Positions 1 through 6,602 of a stretch of 64,000 bases of DNA are shown here, piece after piece. Below the pieces are notes generated by a model, which made no database searches, was not told where the DNA came from, and worked only from the letters and a program-made list of their open reading frames with translations. The stretch is from positions 698,447 through 762,446 of the forward strand of contig JASFYF010000001.1 in the NCBI GenBank assembly GCA_030055465.1, written 5' to 3'. The number at the start of each line of letters is the position of its first letter. The stretch's first letter is position 1. The DNA comes from Candidatus Nezhaarchaeota archaeon (GTDB lineage: Archaea > Thermoproteota > Methanomethylicia > Nezhaarchaeales > WYZ-LMO8). Both the position numbers and the translations under genes were made by a program.

Positions 1-87
1 ATACCACCCCGTACAAGCTTTCGGGAGAGAAAGGAGAGAAAGCTTCTATATAATTTTTTCTATCAAAATAAGCTTCATCGCTTGAAG

Positions 88-327
88 TCACTTATACACG
101 CTTGCGCTTAACCAGCGAAGCACGTGTTTTACCGCTAGGTCTATGTCCTCGGCGGTAACGGTCTTTCTGCCAGCGTGCTTGGCCAGCTCCACGGCCTCCT
201 TGGCGATGTCGAGGGCTACGTCTTCAAGGATCTTGCTCAAAGCTTTGACAGCATCATCACCCACTCGTTCTGCCCCCGCCCTTCTGATTATTCTATCTAT
301 TGGAGCAAGGGGAAGCTCAACCAACAT
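88..327 (-). CDS. Archaeal histone (HMf-like) with short C-terminal extension
   Basis: [19 protein letters not shown]...[17 protein letters not shown] histone-fold signature; AGGTGAT RBS before ATG 327. Confidence 0.95.
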   Translation of the reverse strand: MLVELPLAPIDRIIRRAGAERVGDDAVKALSKILEDVALDIAKEAVELAKHAGRKTVTAEDIDLAVKHVLRWLSASVYK

Positions 328-496
328 GATCACCTTTATAGATTCTTCTTCTGGCAGGCCCCTCCTAGGAAACTTATTGTAGTGAAACCTTACTTCTACT
401 TGTCGCTTCTAAGGCGTTGACCTCCTAGTTGTTTTGGGGCTTACAACCGCAACGTGGATGCCACTTTACGTAAGCGTTTAAAGGCGTTCCGTTTCA

Positions 497-590
497 CTGC
501 TTTCTCATTATGTTTAAGCCCAAACTCTCTGATGATCCCTTGAAGATCTCGTCGATAAACGCTGCTTTCTCATTATGTTTAAGCCCAAAC
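497..590. CRISPR. Orphan CRISPR-like mini-array (2 repeats, 1 spacer)
   Basis: Identical 29-bp repeats CTGCTTTCTCATTATGTTTAAGCCCAAAC at 497-525 and 562-590, separated by a 36-bp unique spacer; no cas genes in window. Confidence 0.65.
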
Positions 591-678
591 CACGTTTTCG
601 AGTGGCGATAGGTGAAGCCGATATTGTGGGAAACGGTTAAATAATCCAGCTAAGAATTTAGAGCGCAGGTCGGACATC

Positions 679-975
679 ATGGGCAAGATACGACCATCAA
701 GTGTTAAGAGGCTGGCCCTGCACATATTTAGACAAAACCCTGACAGGGTAAGCTTAGACTACGCCAGCAACAAGAAGCTAGTCTTGGAGATTTCAACGGT
801 AAGGGCTAAGCACCTGTTAAACAGGGTTGCCGGATACCTAACGCGCTTAGCTAAGAGGTACAAGGGATTAAAAACAGAGGCAAAGGCAGAACCGGAACAG
901 GAGATAGAAGAACAGGAAATGGAAGAGGCGGAAGCAGGAGTGAAAGCGGAGGCAAAGCAGGAAGCTCAAGGTTAA
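679..975 (+). CDS. rps17e: 30S ribosomal protein S17e with acidic C-terminal tail
   Basis: MGKIRPSSVKRLA...NKK...NRVAGYLTR motif. Confidence 0.95.
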   Translation: MGKIRPSSVKRLALHIFRQNPDRVSLDYASNKKLVLEISTVRAKHLLNRVAGYLTRLAKRYKGLKTEAKAEPEQEIEEQEMEEAEAGVKAEAKQEAQG

Positions 976-2162
976 CCCGCGTAGCTTATCAAGACTCTCC
1001 TCCGCAACAGGTAGCTGGAGATCCATGCCTTCAGTTTAAGGCCTTCTCGGGGACTACCCGCTTTGACTTTAACGTGCACCGTGCCCTCTCTAATCTCTAT
1101 TCTAAACCTACTAGACTGCAGGAGAGCCATAATTGTTTGCTCCGCGTCTAAGTGTCTAGGCTCGCCTTTAGCCTTAAACCGACACCTCGAAGGGCATGAG
1201 GCGTCGCAGGCTCTTCTGCTTAAAAAACAAAGATTGGGACAGGCCGCCTCCTCAGTTCCGCTGAGGTACTGGGCTACTGTGCTTGCGCAGCAGGCCCTCT
1301 TCAGGAATACGAGCCCCTTTTCCAGGGCCCTCCTCCTGATGAGCGCGAGGACATCGCCCTCCTCGACGTAAGTGAAGCCCTCCCTAGCAACGGCCTTCAC
1401 GTGCCTTTCTAGGATTTCAGCTTTAACTCCCCGCTTCATCAAGCCTTTAAGTATTCGAGGTGAAAGCCTAAGGGCGCTCGCCACGATACCGTAAGCTCCG
1501 GCCGCTTTAGCCTCATTGACTATGTCATCCACCTCCTCTTCGCTTAAACCTGGCAGCACTGGTCTTAGAAAGAGGAAAGGTATGAAGCCCCTCTTCTGGA
1601 GCCTATTTATGGCGTCAAGCCTTAAATACGGGTCCGGTGCCTTCGGCTCCAGAAACCTGTACTGATGGAGGCTGGTCACCGTGACGAGAACTGACAGCTT
1701 TAAGCCCTTTAGCGATGCGAGCTCGTCGAGCGTTTCATCGTTTACAGGCATCTTCGTTGCTATCTGGCAGGGGTTACCCAAGTGCTTTGATATGGCCTTC
1801 AAGTACTCAAGAGTTCTAGAGACTATTGGTGGAAGCAGAGGCTCCGTGACGCTTCCAAATGCCAAGTACGTTCCCCACTTTGTAGGGTAGAAGTACTTGT
1901 TGTAAAGCAAAGCGGCCACCAGCTGCTCGCCTCTGAGTGGGTACGGTGTTGGATGGGTGCCAAAGCCCATGTCGTATATGTAGCAATAGGTGCATTGCAG
2001 AGGGCATCCCGTGCCCGGGTGGATCGTTAAACCGCACCTTATGGGCTTCCTCTTCGCGTGTCCGTCGTTCTTCGCCGCGACGAGGCTTTCATGCGGAGTC
2101 TTGCTTTCAAGCTCTCTGAGAGCCCCTTCCTTCAGGGCCACTGGGTTGAGGCATGAGCTCAT
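972..2162 (-). CDS. Radical SAM protein (SplB/photolyase-like archaeal family) with Cys-rich C-terminus
   Basis: CPLQCTYC CxxxCxxC motif; FGSVTEP, IATK, LEPKAP...RL motifs. Confidence 0.85.
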   Translation of the reverse strand: MSSCLNPVALKEGALRELESKTPHESLVAAKNDGHAKRKPIRCGLTIHPGTGCPLQCTYCYIYDMGFGTHPTPYPLRGEQLVAALLYNKYFYPTKWGTYLAFGSVTEPLLPPIVSRTLEYLKAISKHLGNPCQIATKMPVNDETLDELASLKGLKLSVLVTVTSLHQYRFLEPKAPDPYLRLDAINRLQKRGFIPFLFLRPVLPGLSEEEVDDIVNEAKAAGAYGIVASALRLSPRILKGLMKRGVKAEILERHVKAVAREGFTYVEEGDVLALIRRRALEKGLVFLKRACCASTVAQYLSGTEEAACPNLCFLSRRACDASCPSRCRFKAKGEPRHLDAEQTIMALLQSSRFRIEIREGTVHVKVKAGSPREGLKLKAWISSYLLRRRVLISYAG

Positions 2163-2237
2163 ATGAGCACCTCGAGGAGACCCCAGCTTCAGCCGGTTCC
2201 AGTTGCGTTTGCCTTCAAGGGTGGCAAAGGGCTAAGG

Positions 2238-2247
2238 TTTATATATA
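2238..2247 (+). promoter_or_regulatory. TATA box (probably for the C/D sRNA and SAMP transcript; may be bidirectional)
   Basis: TTTATATATA about 25 nt upstream of the sRNA 5' end. Confidence 0.6.
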
Positions 2248-2267
2248 GTTGCCCCTTTCGTGGGGGT

Positions 2268-2325
2268 GGGGGATGAAGAGGCTGACCTGCACTGAGCAGT
2301 GAAGAAGTGTACCTCGACTGACCTC
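2268..2325 (+). ncRNA. Box C/D guide sRNA 1
   Basis: C ATGAAGA 2273-79; 12-nt guide; D' CTGA 2292-95; C' GTGAAGA 2299-2305; 12-nt guide; D CTGA 2318-21; short G/C terminal stem. Confidence 0.85.
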
Positions 2326-2343
2326 TCAAGGAGGGAGCCGCGC

Positions 2344-2634
2344 GTGAAAGTTAAAGTAAACTTCGTAGCTGTTCTAAGGGGCCTTGCCTCCAGCCCCTCA
2401 ATTGAGGTAGATTTACCTGGATCCTCCACCGTTAAAGATGTCATATTTCTGGCTTGTAAAAATGACGAGAAGCTTCTCGAAAGGGTTTTTGAAGGTAGCG
2501 GGAGGCGTGTAAGGGGAGACATAATAGTTTTAGTGGACGGAGTTGATGTAAACCTGGTGGGAGGCGTAGACGCCGCGTTGAGCCAGGTAAAACCGCTGGA
2601 GATAACCTTGATACCCTCAGTTCACGGTGGCTAG
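2344..2634 (+). CDS. Ubiquitin-like sulfur carrier / SAMP (MoaD/ThiS family)
   Basis: Beta-grasp pattern VKVKVNF...ILVDG...IPSVHGG with C-terminal GG. Confidence 0.9.
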   Translation: MKVKVNFVAVLRGLASSPSIEVDLPGSSTVKDVIFLACKNDEKLLERVFEGSGRRVRGDIIVLVDGVDVNLVGGVDAALSQVKPLEITLIPSVHGG

Positions 2635-3229
2635 CATGGCTTTAGAGGACGCCTGCAAAGAGCTGCTCTCCGCCCTCATCTCTAGAAGAGAAGAGGTCTG
2701 CATCTTCGCGGCTCATGTAAGCTTAAAATCAATGGTGAGCACGCGGGAACTCGTAAAAGTTATGGAGTCTTCGGCTAGAGAATCCTCCTCAATCCTGTGG
2801 TCAATTTCGAGGCCTAGAATACCCCTCTCCTCCCGCCATGTCCTTCACGCTTTTTACCATAGTTTAAAGGCATTCGCATTGAAAAGGAACATAAGCGACA
2901 AGTTCAACATAGAGTTCTTGCTTCGCTTATCATGTAGAGACCAGATAAAGGAGGCCCTTGAAGTCTGCGGGCTTGGCGAGACTGCTGAAAGCTTCTGCCT
3001 CTACGTGATTGCGCGGAGTCCTGGCCTAATTGACGCTCTGTTATCGCGCTTAACATCCTGTTTCGGAGACGTAACCATTGATGAAGGCTCGTGCTACGGG
3101 GATTGCTTGCTCTCAGTGCTGAAGGTATGTGAGGAGGAGCTGAGCTCGAGCGAATACGGTCTCTCCGCCTTGGGTCCACAGCTCAAAAGCATATTAACCA
3201 GGATGTCTCTCCTCAACGTCAAGAGGTAG
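2627..3229 (+). CDS. cgi121: KEOPS complex subunit Cgi121
   Basis: HVLHAFY...NIS...EFLLRLSCRDQIKEALEVCGL motif. Confidence 0.8.
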   Translation: MASMALEDACKELLSALISRREEVCIFAAHVSLKSMVSTRELVKVMESSARESSSILWSISRPRIPLSSRHVLHAFYHSLKAFALKRNISDKFNIEFLLRLSCRDQIKEALEVCGLGETAESFCLYVIARSPGLIDALLSRLTSCFGDVTIDEGSCYGDCLLSVLKVCEEELSSSEYGLSALGPQLKSILTRMSLLNVKR

Positions 3230-3740
3230 TTATCTTAACTATCGACACAACGTCTTCGGGCCTCAATACCGCTATCCCGACGTTTCTGCCTATAACCTCG
3301 ATCTGGAGGACCTTATCCGGCTTTTTAAGGTTCACCTTTCGGTTTATGTTGGCAGCCACGCTTTCTATGAGCTTCCTGGTGCTGAGGTTGGAGAGCCTCT
3401 TGTTCACAGTTATCCTGAAAGTCTCGTTCTCTCCAATCTTCTTGGCAGCCAGCTCGGCCGCGCTCCTCTTTATATCCTCCTCATCATCTGATGTCACGAT
3501 ATCTATCGGCGTGAGCTTCAAGGTGTACCTGACATCCCAAGGCTTCTCTTTTGCTAGTTCCCCGATCCTCCTAGATGCCTCATAGGGGTTCAGCTTGGTG
3601 TCAACCAGTAAGAGCCCCGGTACGGGAGCTCTCCTAATGTTGGGCCCGTCATCGCCTAGCTCTCTGAGGAGATACCATAGCTCGCTAACACAGTCGTCCT
3701 CCCTGTTGCGGTACGTTGAAACCAGCATGTTAAACTTCAT
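3219..3740 (-). CDS. THUMP domain RNA-binding protein (Tan1-like)
   Basis: FNMLVST...PID...TFRITVNKR...KVNLKKPDKVLQIEVIG. Confidence 0.9.
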   Translation of the reverse strand: MKFNMLVSTYRNREDDCVSELWYLLRELGDDGPNIRRAPVPGLLLVDTKLNPYEASRRIGELAKEKPWDVRYTLKLTPIDIVTSDDEEDIKRSAAELAAKKIGENETFRITVNKRLSNLSTRKLIESVAANINRKVNLKKPDKVLQIEVIGRNVGIAVLRPEDVVSIVKITTS

Positions 3741-3813
3741 ATCTATCACCGTTCAAACATGTCGTCTCACTTTTCGACGGCTTTAAAGTTTCCTGAGCAC
3801 ATCTACAGGTAAC

Positions 3814-3821
3814 TTTAAATA
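3814..3821 (+). promoter_or_regulatory. TATA box upstream of the Glu/Trp peptide gene
   Basis: TTTAAATA about 42 nt upstream of ATG 3863. Confidence 0.5.
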
Positions 3822-3862
3822 AAGCCATAGTTCCTTATCCCACTATCGTGGGGGCTGAAGTC

Positions 3863-3937
3863 ATGGAAGAGGAATGGGAGGAATGGGAAGAAGAGGAAGA
3901 ATGGGAAGAAGAGGAGGAATGGGAGGAGGAGTGGTGA
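3863..3937 (+). CDS. 24-aa acidic Glu/Trp-only peptide MEEEWEEWEEEEEWEEEEEWEEEW
   Basis: Clean ATG..TGA frame with only GAA/GAG/TGG codons; upstream GTGGGGG RBS-like sequence and TATA box; absent from ORF track. Confidence 0.75.
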   Translation: MEEEWEEWEEEEEWEEEEEWEEEW

Positions 3938-3998
3938 TTACCCCCCATTATTTTTGGGCTCCTCATTAATTTAAACCAGTATGGGGGGAGACCCTTAC

Positions 3999-4292
3999 AT
4001 GGATTTTTGTCCTAAATGCGAGATACTCTTGAAGCCTGTTAAGAGAGACGGTAAGACCTACTTGACTTGTAAGCGTTGCGGCTTCTCGAAGCTTCTCAAC
4101 GCGCAATCGGCGCGGTACTCCACGACGAGGATTATTGAGAAGTCAAAGCATAGAACCATAGGAGTTGTTGAAGAGAAGGAGGAGCTGAAGGAGAAGGCAA
4201 GAGAGGAGGTCAAGGAAGTAAGCCAGGAGAGAGTTCGAGAACTCATGGATTTGCTCAACCAAGAACAAGAACATGCTGAGGCTGAAGAATAG
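3999..4292 (+). CDS. TFS/RpoM paralogue with only the N-terminal zinc ribbon and an acidic tail
   Basis: MDFCPKC...LTCKRCGF; no second CxxC..CxxC or catalytic DE hairpin. Confidence 0.8.
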   Translation: MDFCPKCEILLKPVKRDGKTYLTCKRCGFSKLLNAQSARYSTTRIIEKSKHRTIGVVEEKEELKEKAREEVKEVSQERVRELMDLLNQEQEHAEAEE

Positions 4293-4354
4293 AGAGCGTA
4301 TTGGCGCTCCTCTACACGTAGGCCAGCGCCCTAAAACTGGAGGTAACGCCCCCG

Positions 4355-6151
4355 ATGCCTAGAATAGCAACCGTTGATCGGGACCTCTGCAAGCCGAAGG
4401 AGTGCAACAAGGAGTGCTTTCGCTTCTGCCCCCTCATGAAGAACAAGGTCCAGGTGATGGAAGTAGACGGGAATAGTGGCCGCCCAGTGATAAGGGAGAA
4501 CCTGTGCGTTGGTTGCGGCATATGCGTCAAGAAGTGTCCCTTTTCAGCTATAACCATCGTAAACCTCCCCCAAGAACTAGAGGGGATGTGCGTTCACGCG
4601 CATGGGATTAACGCTTTCAGGTTGTACAGGCTTCCCCCACCACGAAAAGGCCAGGTACTAGGGCTCATAGGACCTAACGGCATAGGGAAAAGCAGCGTGC
4701 TCCGCATCTTGGCGGGCGAGCTTGTACCAAACCTTGGAATTATAAACGGGCAGCCATCCAAAGAACAAGTGATAAGCTTCTTCGCGGGCACGGAGCTCCA
4801 AGTTTACTTCAAAGAGCTGTATTCGGGCGCCATACGCGTAGTCCATAAGGTGCAGCACGTTGATAAAATACCAAGATACGTTAAGGGCATGGCAGGGGAA
4901 CTCCTAAAAAAGGTGGATGAGAAAGGAGCTTGGAGGGAGCTTGCAGCCCGACTGGACCTTGAAGACCTGCTGGATAGGGAGGTAAACGCGCTCAGCGGCG
5001 GGGAGCTCCAGAGGCTAGCCATCGTAGCGGCGTGCTGCCGGGAAGCCGACGTTTACATATTTGATGAGCCTGCGAGCTACCTTGATGTCATGCAGAGGCT
5101 TAAAGTCTCTAAGATTATTAGATCTCTGGCCGAAGCAGGCAAAACAGTTATAATAGCGGAGCACGACCTCGCGATACTAGACTACGTCTCAGATAGGACA
5201 TGCATAATTTACGGTAAGCCCGGCGCCTACGGAGTTGTCTCCCAACCTTATGGTGTGCGCGTAGGCGTCAACATTTACCTGGACGGCTACATACCAGGCG
5301 AGAACGTAAGGTTCAGGAACGAGCCTATAAGGTTTAGAGTTAAGCCAAGGCCGCGAGAATCGCAGCTCACCGATGAATTGTTGTCTTGGCCTCAGTTTAA
5401 AGTCGAATTGGGCTCCTTCTGCTTGGAATCTGAAGGAGGAACGATACATAAGGGCGAGGTGGTCGGAATACTTGGACCTAACGGCATAGGAAAGACCACC
5501 TTCATAAAGCGCTTGCTCGAGCTCTTATCAAGTGTGGAAGGACCCACCCCTAGGGATTTCAAGTTAAGCTATAAACCCCAGTATTTAATCCCAGAGACCG
5601 ATGAAACAGTTTACGAGTACTTATCGAGGAACCTGGAGACCTTGATGGCCACTTCCTGGTTTAAGGCGGAGGTAGCCTCTCCATTTCTCTTGGAGCCCCT
5701 CTACGATCGCAGATTGCACTCGTTGAGTGGCGGTGAACTTCAGCGGGTCAGCATAGCATGCGCTCTAGCACGAGAAGCCGACGTTTACCTACTGGATGAA
5801 CCCTCGGCGTACCTTGATGTTGAGCAAAGGCTCGCTATGGCGAAGCTCGTGAGGAGAATAGTTGAGGAGAAGAAGGCAGCCGCATTCGTCGTCGAGCACG
5901 ACCTCTTAGTGATGGATGCCATAGCCGACTCGATAATGGTGTTTCAGGGAGAGCCGGGCAAACGAGGTATAGCCTCTGCGCCTATAGACCTGAGAACGGG
6001 ATTTAACGACTTCTTGAGGCGCCTCGATGTAACCTTCCGAAGGGACCTCCACAGCGGGAGGGTCAGGGTGAACAAGCCTGACTCCTTTCTACATCGAAAA
6101 CAGAGGGGTATGGGCGAGTACTACTACATACCGGAGAAGGAGGAGGAGTAG
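4355..6151 (+). CDS. rli1: Ribosome recycling ATPase ABCE1 (RLI)
   Basis: N-terminal FeS domain (CKPKEC...CVGCGICVKKCP) and two ABC domains (GPNGIGK, LSGGELQ). Confidence 0.97.
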   Translation: MPRIATVDRDLCKPKECNKECFRFCPLMKNKVQVMEVDGNSGRPVIRENLCVGCGICVKKCPFSAITIVNLPQELEGMCVHAHGINAFRLYRLPPPRKGQVLGLIGPNGIGKSSVLRILAGELVPNLGIINGQPSKEQVISFFAGTELQVYFKELYSGAIRVVHKVQHVDKIPRYVKGMAGELLKKVDEKGAWRELAARLDLEDLLDREVNALSGGELQRLAIVAACCREADVYIFDEPASYLDVMQRLKVSKIIRSLAEAGKTVIIAEHDLAILDYVSDRTCIIYGKPGAYGVVSQPYGVRVGVNIYLDGYIPGENVRFRNEPIRFRVKPRPRESQLTDELLSWPQFKVELGSFCLESEGGTIHKGEVVGILGPNGIGKTTFIKRLLELLSSVEGPTPRDFKLSYKPQYLIPETDETVYEYLSRNLETLMATSWFKAEVASPFLLEPLYDRRLHSLSGGELQRVSIACALAREADVYLLDEPSAYLDVEQRLAMAKLVRRIVEEKKAAAFVVEHDLLVMDAIADSIMVFQGEPGKRGIASAPIDLRTGFNDFLRRLDVTFRRDLHSGRVRVNKPDSFLHRKQRGMGEYYYIPEKEEE

Positions 6152-6182
6152 GAGCCAGCCTTTCGCTGTCTAAGCATCCCAG

Positions 6183-6272
6183 AAAACTCCTCCTAAAGAT
6201 GTTTAAGTTCCTGCCCTTAATTCCCCTTGCAACCTTGTAAATTGGTATTGTTGGATGTGCTGAAATGAACAG
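6183..6272 (-). pseudogene. tnpA: Probable IS200/IS605 TnpA (Y1 transposase) fragment
   Basis: Translates LFISAHPTIPIYKVARGIKGRNLNIFR, resembling the post-HUH TnpA segment (LFxSxPP...KGRSS.xLRxEF); frameshifted afterwards. Confidence 0.5.
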
Positions 6273-6546
6273 CTTCCCCGCCTTAAAAGGTGAGGCTTTC
6301 AGTTGTAAACGTGGTCTGGATTTATGGCAGGCTCCAAGCCTTTGTTTCGAGCACCCCTGCAACCTAATGAATTATCCGTCCAAGCCCCTCCTTACCCCCC
6401 TCAAAACCAGAGCAGGCTTCCGCATCTTCGGGGCACTAGACCGATGGAGTACTGAACTAGGAAGACCTTGTTCCTAGAGCGCTGATGACTTTGCATGTAT
6501 CGACAACTCATCCCAGAACTAAACTTCTGGACTTTCTCGCCGATGT
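6266..6546 (-). mobile_element. Non-autonomous IS200/IS605(IS1341)-like miniature element, possible omegaRNA
   Basis: Minus strand ends TTTACAACTGAAAGCCTCACCTTTTAAGGCGGGGAAGCTGTTCA (right-end-like hairpin); other end GAGAAAGTCCAGAAGTTTAGTTCTGGGATGAG (left-end-like hairpin); no internal transposase; boundaries approximate. Confidence 0.7.
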
Positions 6547-6602
6547 TTAACTCTAAACATTTATACCTGATAGTAGGATATGTCTTAATATTGGTGAGGC
6601 GA

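Noticed and set aside
432..460. Third CRISPR repeat at the 65-bp period (also checked 627-655)
   Set aside because: No meaningful same-orientation identity to the 29-bp repeat
361..488. Short repeats CCTCCTAG (361, 421) and AAGGCGTT (411, 481)
   Set aside because: Only 8 bp with inconsistent spacing; compatible with chance
526..561. TGATGA in the spacer as a C/D box or TIGR-like unit
   Set aside because: No correctly spaced D boxes, terminal stem or tandem periodic units
6495..6602. 36-aa N-terminal extension of Fbp in the ORF track
   Set aside because: Runs through the mobile-element end and promoter; family start and RBS fit ATG 6603
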